In this document: positions 35,651 to 45,103 of the stretch, in pieces
Numbering within the stretch: the first letter of the stretch is position 1
Layout of the letters: each line of letters starts with the position of its first letter
Assembly (NCBI GenBank): GCA_016125275.1
Contig: WGMB01000002.1
Coordinates: forward strand, 150,490-214,489
Source: Acidobacteriota bacterium
GTDB lineage: Bacteria > Acidobacteriota > Terriglobia > Bryobacterales > UBA6623
Length of the DNA stretch: 64,000 nucleotides
Direction: 5' to 3'
Notes under the pieces: generated by a model
What the model saw: only the letters and a program-made list of their open reading frames with translations
The model's database searches: none
Told to the model about the DNA's origin: nothing
Position numbers and translations under genes: made by a program

Positions 35651-38600
35651 TCTTTCGTAATCGCCTCGTCCAAATTCAAAATCAAACTCGCCACCGCCGC
35701 ATACGCCGCCTGCTCGGCCGGCTCGATCGCCTCGCTGCGCGGCGAGTCGCCCTGGCTCAGCAGCTTCTCCGCGTCGGCCGGGTGCACCGCGTAGCGTTGC
35801 TGGTAGCGCTGCAAGCCGCGCTTGAGCACCGCCAACTCGGCCTGCCCCGGCTCGCGGGCCGTCGCCAGCCGAAAGCCGTAGTCCAGCCGCGCCTCGGCGT
35901 CCGAGCCGCCTTCGGTCAGCATCCGCTCGCCGAGTTTGCGGGCCGCCTCCACGTAGGTCACGTCGTTCATCAGCCCCAGCGCCTGCAGCGGCGTGTTCGT
36001 GCGCGTCTCCCGCACCACGCACGTCTCGCGCGGCGCGGCGTCGAAGGCCACCATCGACGGCGGCGCGATCGTCCGCTTCCAGAAGGTGTACAGGCTGCGG
36101 CGGTACAGGTCGCCGCCCTTGTCGTGCTCGTACTCCTCCCAGTTCGACAGCTCCGTCCACAGCCCGGCCGGCTGGTAGGGCTTCACCGACGGTCCGCCGA
36201 CCCTCTCGCTGAGCAGCCCGGCCACCGCCAGCGCCTGGTCGCGCACGGCCTCGGCCGGCAGCCGCACCCGCGGCCCCCGCGACAGCAGCTTGTTCTGCGG
36301 GTCCTTCTCGAGCTTGTCCGGCGTGAGCTGGGAACCCTGCCGGTAGGTCGCGCTCAGCACGATCCGTTTGAGCAGCGCCTTGGTATCCCAGCCCGATTCC
36401 ATGAACTCCGCCGCCAGCCAGTCCAGCAGCTCCGGGTGCGTCGGCCAGGAACCCTGCGAGCCGAAGTCCTCCACCGTCTCCACGATCCCTTGGCCAAACA
36501 GCATCTGCCAGAAGCGGTTCACCGTCACCCGCGCAGTCAGCGGGTTGTCCCGGCTCACCAGCCACTCCGCCAGCCCCAGCCGGTTGTTCGGACCGCCGGC
36601 CGGCAGCGGCGGCAGCACCGCCGGCACGCCCGGCTCCACCGCCTCGCCCGGCGCGTCATACGCCCCGCGCTTGAGCAGGTGCGTCTGGCGGCCCGCCGCG
36701 TCGGACATCACCATCACCGTGGGGAAGCCGTCGGTCATCTCCTGCCGCGCGAGCCGCAGCCGCCGCAGCTCGCGCCAAGCCTCGCCCGCCGGCCCGGACG
36801 CCTCGTCGCTCAAATAGGCCCAGCGCAGCTTGCGCCCCGCGGCCTCGGACCGCTCGGCCGCCGCCAGGGCCGCCAGAGCCGGCGTCCCCTCCTCCACGGC
36901 CAGCACCGCCGCCTCGTCCGCGGACAGGTCGCGGTCATACAGCCTTAGGTCTTCCAGCTCGCCCCGGAACAGGTCCGTCATCTCCGGGCCCACGCCCGCC
37001 CGCAGCGGCGTCTTCGGCAGCGTGATCTCGTTGTTGGAGTGGTCCTCCACCACCTCCAGCTCCACCGGCCGGCCGTCGACGTAGATCTTCATGCCGCGCG
37101 TCAGCCGCGAGCCGTCGTAGGTGAACGTCAGGTGGCTCCAGGCGCCCACCGGCAAGGGCTTCACCGCGCGCACGTCGGTCGAGTCGTCCAAGCCGTTGCC
37201 CATCCGGAAGCGCGGGCGCCCCTCGTCGAGGTAGAAGCCCCAGCCCTTGCCGCCGAACAGGTCGCCCTTGGCCGACGATTTCGCCACCAGCCCGGCCGTC
37301 TGGATCTCGTCGGGCCGCACGCGCACGCCGATCGAAAGCCGGTCATAGAAGCTGTAGCCGCCCTCCTCGCCCAGGTCGGCAAAGTCCTTGCCCTCGAACT
37401 TCCGGGGCCCTTCGCCGAACGTCGCAAACAGCAGGCTCTCGTCAAAGCTCCACGGCTGAACCGGCTGCCAAGCCTGCAGCCCACGAGCGACGTCGCCCTC
37501 CAAACCCTGCAGCGTCGCCTCGGTCTTCTCGATGCGCGCGTCCAGCGCCGCCAGCTTTTCGGCCTGCTCGGCCGTCGGCGCCTGCACGAACGGCGGCGTA
37601 TTGCCGTACTTGAAGTAGCGGCCCCGGTCCGGCACCTGGTTGAAGTACGCGAAGAGCTGGTAGAACTCCTTCTGCGTCAGCGGATCGTACTTGTGGTCGT
37701 GGCAGCGGGCGCAGCCCATCGTCAGCCCCATCCACACCATCGAGGTCGCCTCCACGCGGTCCACCACGTACTCCACGTGGTACTCCTCGGGCACGATCCC
37801 GGCCTCGCCGTTGCCGCGGTGGTTGCGGTTGAAGCCGCTGGCGATGCGCTGCTCGAGCGTGGCATTGGGCAGCAGGTCGCCGGCGATCTGCCAAACCGTG
37901 AACTCGTCGAACGGCAGGTTCTTGTTGTAGGCCTCGATCACCCAGTCGCGCCAGCGCCACATGTCGCGCTCCTGGTCGTTCTGGTAGCCGTTGGTGTCGG
38001 CGTAGCGCGCCGCCTCCAGCCAGCGGAAGGCCATCCGCTCGCCGTAACGCGGGGAGGCCAGCAGCCGGTCCACCACCTTTTCATAGGCGTCGGCGGACTC
38101 GTCGGCCACAAAGGCGTCCACCTCGGCCGGCGTCGGCGGCAGCCCGGTAAGGTCCAGCGTCGCGCGCCGCGCCCAGGTCGCCCGGTCGGCTTCCTTGGTC
38201 GGGCGCATGTCCTCGCGGTCCAGCCGCCGCGCCACAAAGCGGTCGATCGGGTCACGCGCCCAGCCCTCTCCGTTGGGCGGAACCGTCGGCCGCTCCACGC
38301 GCTGGAAGGCCCAGTGGCCCTCCCACTCCGCGCCCTGCTCGATCCAGCGCGTCAGCGTCGCGATCTCACGCTCGCTGAGCTTGGCGTGCCCCTTGTAGGA
38401 GGGCGGCATCCGCCGCACGGGGTCCTCCGAGCTCACCCGCTCGATCAGCTTGCTCTGGGCCGGATCGCCCGGCACGATCGCCTTGCCGCCCGACAGCAAG
38501 TCCACGAACGCACCCTCGCGCGAGTCGAACCGCAGCGGCGTGGAGCGGTTGCCGGCGTCCGGGCCATGGCAGGCGAAGCACTTGTCCGACAGGATCGGCC

Positions 38601-38682
38601 GGACGTCCCGGTTGAAGCGGACCTCCTGCGCGGACGCGGCCAACGCCGCCAGCAGACCCAAGGCGCACAGACTACGCAACAT
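35647..38682 (-). CDS. PSCyt1/PSCyt2(DUF1549)/LamG/PSD1(DUF1553) protein
   Basis: ATG 38682 gives the signal peptide MLRSLCALGLLAALAASAQ. RDVRPILSDKCFACHGPD, PIDRFVARRL...LDLTGLPPTPAEVDAFV, NRFWQMLFGQGIVETVEDFGSQG. Confidence 0.9.
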   Translation of the reverse strand: MLRSLCALGLLAALAASAQEVRFNRDVRPILSDKCFACHGPDAGNRSTPLRFDSREGAFVDLLSGGKAIVPGDPAQSKLIERVSSEDPVRRMPPSYKGHAKLSEREIATLTRWIEQGAEWEGHWAFQRVERPTVPPNGEGWARDPIDRFVARRLDREDMRPTKEADRATWARRATLDLTGLPPTPAEVDAFVADESADAYEKVVDRLLASPRYGERMAFRWLEAARYADTNGYQNDQERDMWRWRDWVIEAYNKNLPFDEFTVWQIAGDLLPNATLEQRIASGFNRNHRGNGEAGIVPEEYHVEYVVDRVEATSMVWMGLTMGCARCHDHKYDPLTQKEFYQLFAYFNQVPDRGRYFKYGNTPPFVQAPTAEQAEKLAALDARIEKTEATLQGLEGDVARGLQAWQPVQPWSFDESLLFATFGEGPRKFEGKDFADLGEEGGYSFYDRLSIGVRVRPDEIQTAGLVAKSSAKGDLFGGKGWGFYLDEGRPRFRMGNGLDDSTDVRAVKPLPVGAWSHLTFTYDGSRLTRGMKIYVDGRPVELEVVEDHSNNEITLPKTPLRAGVGPEMTDLFRGELEDLRLYDRDLSADEAAVLAVEEGTPALAALAAAERSEAAGRKLRWAYLSDEASGPAGEAWRELRRLRLARQEMTDGFPTVMVMSDAAGRQTHLLKRGAYDAPGEAVEPGVPAVLPPLPAGGPNNRLGLAEWLVSRDNPLTARVTVNRFWQMLFGQGIVETVEDFGSQGSWPTHPELLDWLAAEFMESGWDTKALLKRIVLSATYRQGSQLTPDKLEKDPQNKLLSRGPRVRLPAEAVRDQALAVAGLLSERVGGPSVKPYQPAGLWTELSNWEEYEHDKGGDLYRRSLYTFWKRTIAPPSMVAFDAAPRETCVVRETRTNTPLQALGLMNDVTYVEAARKLGERMLTEGGSDAEARLDYGFRLATAREPGQAELAVLKRGLQRYQQRYAVHPADAEKLLSQGDSPRSEAIEPAEQAAYAAVASLILNLDEAITKE

Positions 38683-38778
38683 TGCTCGCCCGTGATCATA
38701 ACGGATTCGCAACCCCTCGGCCGTGCGACTGGACGGTAACGTGCAGCATTGCGGACGCGCCCTTACTTTTTTCGCCCC

Positions 38779-40020
38779 ATGCGTCTGTTCCCCGTATCCC
38801 TTCTGCTGCTGAGCGCCCTGACGGCTTTTCCTGCCGGCTTGGCCGCCCAGGAGCTGCACTGGTTCGATAGCTACGACGCGGCGCTCGAAGAGGCTCGGCG
38901 GACCGGCAAGCCGATCTTCCTCGAGTACCGCTGCTCGCCTTGACGGCTCGGCCGTGAATTCGACGCACAGGTTGTGCTGTCGCCGCTAGACTCCAAGCGC
39001 GGAAAGCTCATGAGCGAGTACGTCACCGCCAGGATCATTCGCCTGGATGAGGTGGACTTCGGCCTGTTTGACTGGGACCGCCACAACACCGTCTACTTCT
39101 TCGTCCTCAACGCCGACGAGCAGATCTACCTGCGCTACGGCGGCCGCGACGCTCGCTCGTTCGACTCCTACCTCGGCCTGGAGAGCCTCGAGCTGGCTCT
39201 CGAGAAGGGCCTGGAGCTGCACGAGAAGTACAAGGCCGGCGAGCTGCCCAAGAAGCCCCGCGGCGCGCCCGACTTCGCCAAGGACTACCCGCTGCTGGTG
39301 GAGCGCACCATCGGCAACGGCGCGTGCGTCGAGTGCCACCTCGTCAACGACTACAAGGCCCAGCACAAGGAGCTCGACGGCACGCTCGACAAGGTGCGCG
39401 ACATGTACCGCTCGCCCGACATCCGCACCATCGGCATCCACCTCGACGCCCCCAAGGGCCTGCTGGTGGCGAGCGCGGAAGGCATGGCGCAAGCCGCCGG
39501 CATGCAGCCGGGCGACACCATCACGGCGCTCGAAGGCGTGCCGGTCTATACCTTCGGCGACCTGCAGTACAACTACGACAAGGTCGACCGGGCCGCCCGC
39601 TCGGCGACCTTCACGGTCGATCGCGCCGGCGAGTCGGTGGACCTCGCCGTCGAGCTGCCGCTGCGTTGGTGGCTCACCAACCTCGACTTCCGCCACTGGA
39701 CCATCGAGCCCCGGGTGTACTTCGAGTCCGATCCGCTGACGGCCGAGGAGAAGCGCTCGCTCGACCTGCCCGAGGACGGTTTCGCCAGCCGCGTGCGCCT
39801 GGTCGAAGGCGTCGCCGGGCTGCTCGGCCTGCATGAGCTCAAGGTCGGCGACATCGTCTACGGCGTGGCCGGCGTCCAGACCGACCCCGACGCCAACTCC
39901 GCCGAGCTCTATCTGAAGCTGCGCACCAAGTCCGGCTCCGAGACCACCCTCCAGGTTCTGAGGGATGGAGAGCGGATCGAGATGCCGCTCAAGTCCGCCC
40001 GCATGGGCTTTCGGAAATAA
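38779..40020 (+). CDS. Secreted thioredoxin-like (C-S-P-U) / CxxCH / 2xPDZ protein; requires read-through of in-frame TGA 38941-38943 (candidate selenocysteine)
   Basis: ORFs 38749..38943 and 38974..40020 share a frame and are separated by a single TGA. The joined sequence GKPIFLEYRCSP-U-RLGREFDAQVV fits the Trx-fold active-site region. The signal peptide occurs only on the upstream part. A SECIS-like hairpin follows the TGA. Confidence 0.6.
38961..38982 (+). other. SECIS-like stem-loop downstream of the in-frame UGA
   Basis: CGAC-GCACA-[GGT]-TGTGC-T(bulge)-GTCG. The stem starts 18 nt after the TGA and the apical-loop G lies 27 nt after it. Confidence 0.5.
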
Positions 40021-40568
40021 TGAAAGGCATGAGCCGACTGTTGCTATTGATTCCCGCCCTGGCCGCCGGTCTGCACGCAGGCGAGTGGTCTCAGCCGGTG
40101 GAAGTGACGCTCGAAACCGAGCTCGCCGCCTCCTACCGAGCCAAGGTCGACGGCGACTACCTGGTGGTCGAGGCCAAGCCCGGCGCCGGTTGGCACGTCT
40201 ATTCCATGGACAACGAGCTCCGCGCCGAGGAGGCCCTCAAGGGCAAGATGTCGCTCGGCGTCGACGGACCCACCCAGATCACCGTCAGCGGCGCCCTCGA
40301 ACCCCTCGGCGGCTGGCTGCAGAGCGAGCCGCACGACTACTCCAAGCCGGCCATGCAGTGGTACACCTGGGGCTACGAAGGCGCCGCCCTGTTCGCGACC
40401 AAAGTGGCCTCCAAGGGTTCCGGCCCGGCCACCATCGCCATCCGCGGGCAGGCCTGTGACGCGGGCCGCTGCAAGAACGTGGATGTGAGCTTCGAGCTGG
40501 CCCAAACCGCCGTCGGCGGCAAGCCTTCGCTAGACTTGAAACCCCTCATCCCGGTCAAGACCAAGTAG
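40020..40568 (+). CDS. DsbD-alpha-like (thiol:disulfide interchange N-terminal domain) secreted protein
   Basis: 182 aa. TAATG overlap with the upstream stop. Signal peptide MKGMSRLLLLIPALAAGLHA. GAGWHVYSM...IRGQACDAGRCKNVDV. Confidence 0.7.
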   Translation: MKGMSRLLLLIPALAAGLHAGEWSQPVEVTLETELAASYRAKVDGDYLVVEAKPGAGWHVYSMDNELRAEEALKGKMSLGVDGPTQITVSGALEPLGGWLQSEPHDYSKPAMQWYTWGYEGAALFATKVASKGSGPATIAIRGQACDAGRCKNVDVSFELAQTAVGGKPSLDLKPLIPVKTK

Positions 40569-40672
40569 CCGTCCGCCCCATGCTCAACCCGGTCGGCGCG
40601 CCGCCGCGGCCCGCCGAGCCGCAGCCTCGTTCCGGGTCCTATCCCCTATCCCGGGTATATTGAGAGGCGCCC

Positions 40673-43405
40673 ATGGAACCTCGTCAGCTCCGCAATCTCG
40701 TCCTGATCGCGCTCGCGGTGATCCTCGTCGCCGGCTCGCGCACGATCGCCGACTTCATCATCGAGTACTCCTGGTGGCGCGAGGTCGGGCAAGTCTCCAC
40801 CTGGGTCAACATGCTGCTCTACCAGATCGCGCCGGCCGTAATGGCCGCGCTGATCGGCTGGACCGCCGCCCTGTGGGCGCACGCCCGCGGCATGTACTTC
40901 TCCGGCGTCTCGCGGCGGGCCTACCCGCTCTACACCCGCATCGTCTCGGCCGGCCTGCTGCTGGTCTCGGTCATCTTCGTGGGCACCTCCATCAACTCCT
41001 GGAAGGTGATGGCCTACGTCGGCTCGCAAGAGGCCGGCCCGGTGCAGGCCGCCTGGCTCGACCCCGTGTTCGGCCGCGATCTGTCGTTCTATCTGTTCGA
41101 CCTGCCGTTCTATACGGCTCTGCTCGGCTTCGTCTTCACCGTCGCGTTCATCTCGGTGATCGTGTTCTGGGCCACCGCCCGCGGCTGGCAGATCTACGAG
41201 CGCTTCCAGCGCTTCCGGGCCTCGGGCCGCCCGTCGGAAGAGTTCGACCCGGGTCCGAACCCCTTGCTGCTCGAAGGCGCCACGCAGACCAGCTTCGCCC
41301 GCATCCTGGCCTCGATCGTGCTGGTCGGCGCGGCCGGCTGGTTCTTCCTGGGCCGCTACAGCCTGCTGCTCAACACCCACCCGTTCATGACCGGCATGGA
41401 CTTCGTCGACGAGAAGGTCACCCTGCCGCTGCGCTGGGCGGTCATTCTGGCCCTGCTGGCCGCCGTGCCGCTGGTCTGGATGCGCCGTCTGCGCGTGGCC
41501 GCCGGCGTGGTCGCCGCCGCCATCGTCGCCAACTCCCTGGTCCCCACGCTCGTCCGCGCCGCCTACGTGCGCCCCAACGAGCTGCAGCTCGAGAAGGACT
41601 ACATCGCCCGCCACATCGAAGCCACCCGCGTCGCCTACGACCTCTCCGGCGGCTCCGAGGTCACCTTCGCCGCCTCTCTCCAGGAAGGGCTCGACGTGGA
41701 AGCCCACGCCACCCTGGTCGACAACATACGCCTCTGGGACACCGCCGCCTTCACCGACACCATCACCCAGATCCAGGCCCTGCGGCCCTACTACCGCTTC
41801 GCCGACATCGACATCGACCGCTACACCATCGACGGCAAGCTCAAGCAGGTCCTGCTGTCGCCGCGCGAGATCGACATCAACCAGCTCCCCGCCGAAGCCC
41901 GCGCCAGTTGGATCAACACCCACTTCTTCTATACCCACGGCTTCGGCGTGGTCATGTCCGAGGTCAACCGCACCACGCCCGACGGCCTGCCCGTGCTGCT
42001 CATCCAAGACGCGCCGCCGGAGATCCGCAGCAAGGACCTCGACATCAAGCAGGCCGCCATCTATTACGGAGAAGTCACCCACGACCCGGTCTTCGTCGAC
42101 ACCGACCAGGCCGAGTTCGACTACCCCTCCGGCGACCGCAACATCACCTCCAGCTACCAGGGCAAGGGCGGCTTCCCCATCGACTCCCTGCCGCTGCGCG
42201 TGGCCGCCGCGCTGCGCGAGGGCGAGATCAACATCATCCTCACCGGGCTCACCAACGCCAACAGCCGCATGATGATCTACCGCAACGTCAGCGAGCGGCT
42301 GGAGCATCTGGCGGACTTCATCGAGTGGGACTACGACCCCTACCTGGCCATTGCCGAGGACGGCCGCTTGGTCTGGATCGTCGACGGCTACACCGTCTCG
42401 GACGCGCACCCCTACTCGGCCCCCATCAACGTCCCCGGCTTCGAGACGCGCCGCACCAACTACATCCGCAACTCGGTGAAGGCGACCATCGACGCCTACG
42501 ACGGCTCGACCACGCTCTACCTGTGGGACGAGTCCGACCCGATCATTCAGGCCTACGCCGCGCTGTTCCCGCAACTGTTCACGCCCAAGTCCGAGATGCC
42601 GCCCTCGGTGCGCGCCCACACCCGCTACCCGCTCATGCTGTTCGACGTGCAGGCCGAGCTCTACCGCACCTTCCACATGAAGGACCCCGAGGTCTTCTAC
42701 AACAAGGAAGACGTGTGGGAGGTGGCCCAGAGCCTGTCGGGCGACACCGGCCGCGCCGACCGCATGAAGCCCACCTACATCGTCGCTCGCCTGCCCGGCG
42801 TGGCCGAGCCGGAGTTCATCCTGATGCTGCCGTTCACCCCGCGCGGCAAGGACAACCTGATCGGTTGGATGGCCGCCCGCTGCGACGGCGACAAGCTCGG
42901 CGAGCTGCTGTTCTTCCAGCTCTCCAAGCAGCAGCTCGTCTTCGGCCCCAATCAGATCGAGTCGCGCATCAACCAGGACCAGGAGATCGCCAAGGACCTC
43001 ACCTTGTGGAACCAGCAAGGCTCGCGCGTGCTGCGCGGCGAGCTGCTGGCCCTGCCCGTCGACGACGCCTTCCTCTACGTCGAATCCATCTACATCCAGG
43101 CTGAATCGGCGCGCATGCCGCAACTGCGCAAAGTGGTGCTGGCGATGGGCAACCGTCTGATCTACGAAGACACCTTCGGCGAGGCCCTCGACAAGCTCAG
43201 CATCGAGGGCGCCCGGTTCCCCGGTCCGGCCGAGACCGAGACCAGCCAAACCGGCGGCCCGCCCGAGGGAGGCGGAGGCCCCGAGCCGCCCGGCGACGCC
43301 GAACGGCAGCGCTCCAAAGCCCTGGCCCAGCGGCTCCGCGATCTGCGCCGCCAGGCCGAGCAGCTCGCCTCCGAGCTCGAGAAGATGGAGCGCGAGCTGC
43401 AGTAG
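40673..43405 (+). CDS. UPF0182 family membrane protein
   Basis: 910 aa, multi-TM N-terminus (IIEYSWWREVGQVSTWVNMLL), large C-terminal domain (YIRNSVKATIDAYDGSTTLYLWD; FILMLPFTPRGKDNLIGWMAARCDG). Confidence 0.9.
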   Translation: MEPRQLRNLVLIALAVILVAGSRTIADFIIEYSWWREVGQVSTWVNMLLYQIAPAVMAALIGWTAALWAHARGMYFSGVSRRAYPLYTRIVSAGLLLVSVIFVGTSINSWKVMAYVGSQEAGPVQAAWLDPVFGRDLSFYLFDLPFYTALLGFVFTVAFISVIVFWATARGWQIYERFQRFRASGRPSEEFDPGPNPLLLEGATQTSFARILASIVLVGAAGWFFLGRYSLLLNTHPFMTGMDFVDEKVTLPLRWAVILALLAAVPLVWMRRLRVAAGVVAAAIVANSLVPTLVRAAYVRPNELQLEKDYIARHIEATRVAYDLSGGSEVTFAASLQEGLDVEAHATLVDNIRLWDTAAFTDTITQIQALRPYYRFADIDIDRYTIDGKLKQVLLSPREIDINQLPAEARASWINTHFFYTHGFGVVMSEVNRTTPDGLPVLLIQDAPPEIRSKDLDIKQAAIYYGEVTHDPVFVDTDQAEFDYPSGDRNITSSYQGKGGFPIDSLPLRVAAALREGEINIILTGLTNANSRMMIYRNVSERLEHLADFIEWDYDPYLAIAEDGRLVWIVDGYTVSDAHPYSAPINVPGFETRRTNYIRNSVKATIDAYDGSTTLYLWDESDPIIQAYAALFPQLFTPKSEMPPSVRAHTRYPLMLFDVQAELYRTFHMKDPEVFYNKEDVWEVAQSLSGDTGRADRMKPTYIVARLPGVAEPEFILMLPFTPRGKDNLIGWMAARCDGDKLGELLFFQLSKQQLVFGPNQIESRINQDQEIAKDLTLWNQQGSRVLRGELLALPVDDAFLYVESIYIQAESARMPQLRKVVLAMGNRLIYEDTFGEALDKLSIEGARFPGPAETETSQTGGPPEGGGGPEPPGDAERQRSKALAQRLRDLRRQAEQLASELEKMERELQ

Positions 43406-43413
43406 CCGACGAT

Positions 43414-44238
43414 ATGACATCCATGGCCGGCGTTCCTTCAGCGCGCGCCGTCCTGCTCGATTGGCGCGGGCGCCCCGCCGTCGAGCAGGCCGAGCTCGAG
43501 TACCGCTTCTTCACCTCCCTGCGGATGCCCAACGGTGCCTACAAGACCACCGCGGGCGGGCGCCTGCGCGAGCTCGACGACCGCATCGTCGAGCTGCTCG
43601 GCGCCCGCTCGGAGCTGCGCCTGCTCGACGTGGGCGTCTCCTCCGGGGTCACCACGCTCGATCTGCTCGAGCGCCTCGAAGCCGCCGGCATGCGGCCCCA
43701 AGCCGTCGCCGCGGACCTCAGCGTCCACGCCCGGCTGTTCCGAGCCCCCTTCGGCATGGACCTTCTCACCGACGCCGCCGGCCGCCCGTTGCAACTCAGC
43801 GGCTCCTGGGGCGCCCGCGGGCGTCCCGCTCGGGAGGGCGCCGCCGGGCTGGCGTTCGAAAGCCTCGGCCGCCTGCTGCGGCTCGCCGCCGCCTCTCCGC
43901 GCGAGGTCAAGCTGGCCACCCCGCGGCTGGAGGGCCGCCCGGGGGTTGAGATCGTCGAGCAGGACGTCTTCGCCGAACGCGCCGACTGGAAAGGCGCTTT
44001 CGACCTGGTGCGCGCGGCGAACCTGTTGAATCTGGCCTACTTCGAACCCGAACGCATCCGCGGCGCGCTGGCTGTGCTGGCGTCCTACCTGGCGCCCGGC
44101 GGCCTGCTGGCGGTCTGCCGCACCTCCATCGAGACCGGGCTCAACCACGGCACGCTGTTTCGCTCCGAAGGCGGCAAGCTCGTTCCGGCGGCGCGTTTGG
44201 GAGACGGCTCCGAGGTCGAAAGCCTCGCGCCGCTGTGA
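43414..44238 (+). CDS. Putative class-I SAM-dependent methyltransferase-like protein
   Basis: 274 aa. LRLLDVGVSSGVTTLDLLERL resembles motif I; DLVRAANLLNLAYF...LAPGGLLAV resembles motifs II/III. Weak assignment. Confidence 0.5.
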   Translation: MTSMAGVPSARAVLLDWRGRPAVEQAELEYRFFTSLRMPNGAYKTTAGGRLRELDDRIVELLGARSELRLLDVGVSSGVTTLDLLERLEAAGMRPQAVAADLSVHARLFRAPFGMDLLTDAAGRPLQLSGSWGARGRPAREGAAGLAFESLGRLLRLAAASPREVKLATPRLEGRPGVEIVEQDVFAERADWKGAFDLVRAANLLNLAYFEPERIRGALAVLASYLAPGGLLAVCRTSIETGLNHGTLFRSEGGKLVPAARLGDGSEVESLAPL

Positions 44239-44349
44239 CCGGCGGGCCTGCGGCGCGGAGAGGAATCGCACTCTTTTTTGCAACTGAGTTGCTTCGGCTC
44301 GGATCGGCCTTGTACAGTAATGGGAGTCGGAGCCGCCCGAATCCCCGTC

Positions 44350-44766
44350 ATGAGCCTGAACGTTGAAAGCTACGTCCCCGCCCTGCCGCTGGAAGAGATC
44401 CCGGACCGAACAGCCAAAACAGTCACCTTCGGCCGCAAGAAGATCTGCATCGTACGAGTCGATGAGCGCTTCCACGCCGTCGACGCCCTGTGCACCCACA
44501 TGGGCGTGCCGCTCGACCAGGGAGAGTTCAACGGCGCCGAGCTGGTCTGCCCCTGGCACGCCGCCCGGTTCTGCGTCAAAACCGGCGCCAAGACCCACGG
44601 CCCCGGCTTCTGCGACCTCAAGACCTACGCCGTACGCGTGGTCAATGGCTGGGTCGAGGTGAACCTCGACGGCCCCGCTCTGAACGAACGGCCCGCCCCG
44701 AGCCGGCCGATGGCGCCGCCGCCGGCCCCGTCCGTCATGACGCCAACCTCCCGTTTCCGGATCTGA
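44350..44766 (+). CDS. Rieske [2Fe-2S] domain protein
   Basis: ATG 44350 (MSLNVESYVPALPLEEIP). CTHMG...CPWHAARF is the CxH...CxxH Rieske motif. Pro/Ala-rich tail. Confidence 0.8.
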   Translation: MSLNVESYVPALPLEEIPDRTAKTVTFGRKKICIVRVDERFHAVDALCTHMGVPLDQGEFNGAELVCPWHAARFCVKTGAKTHGPGFCDLKTYAVRVVNGWVEVNLDGPALNERPAPSRPMAPPPAPSVMTPTSRFRI

Positions 44767-44829
44767 CCGCCCTCGCCGTGCTAACCTGTTGAGTTGGGAC
44801 GCATCCCGAAAGGGAGGTGAAACCGGCTC

Positions 44830-45030
44830 ATGGCAGAGATCTACGTCAACGAAGGCGAATCGCTCGACTCCGCACTGCGACGCTTCAAGCGCAAAGTGCA
44901 GCAGCAAGACATCATCAAAGAGGTCAAGCGGCATTCGTACTACATGAAGCCCGGCGAGAAGAAGCGCCTGAAGCAGGCGCTCGCCCGCAAACGCAGCCGC
45001 AAAAAGATGCGGCGGTCCCACGGCGACTAG
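44830..45030 (+). CDS. rpsU: 30S ribosomal protein S21
   Basis: MAEIYVNEGESLDSALRRFKRKVQQQDIIKEVKRHSYYMKPGEKKRLKQALARKR. GGGAGG Shine-Dalgarno sequence upstream. Confidence 0.95.
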   Translation: MAEIYVNEGESLDSALRRFKRKVQQQDIIKEVKRHSYYMKPGEKKRLKQALARKRSRKKMRRSHGD

Positions 45031-45051
45031 CGCGCGCCGAGAAAAGTAACG

Positions 45052-45079
45052 AGGGCGGGGCCATCAAAAGCCCCGCCCT
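45052..45079 (+). terminator. Intrinsic-terminator-like hairpin after rpsU
   Basis: AGGGCGGGGC-(8 nt)-GCCCCGCCCT followed by TCGTCGTTTC. Confidence 0.5.
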
Positions 45080-45103
45080 TCGTCGTTTCAGAGGACAACA
45101 AAG

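Noticed and set aside
38749-38943. A stand-alone 64-aa secreted peptide ending at TGA, plus a separate 348-aa protein starting at GTG 38974.
   Set aside because: The split falls inside a thioredoxin-fold active-site motif and separates the signal peptide from the rest. Same frame, a single TGA and a SECIS-like hairpin favour read-through. The alternative reading, a pseudogene caused by a TGC-to-TGA change, remains possible and is stated in the finding.
44256-44300. The only T6 run in the window (ctcttttttg at ~44272-44281), considered as an intrinsic terminator after the methyltransferase-like gene.
   Set aside because: The preceding stem is only 4-5 bp (GAGAG/CTCTT with a wobble), too weak to call.
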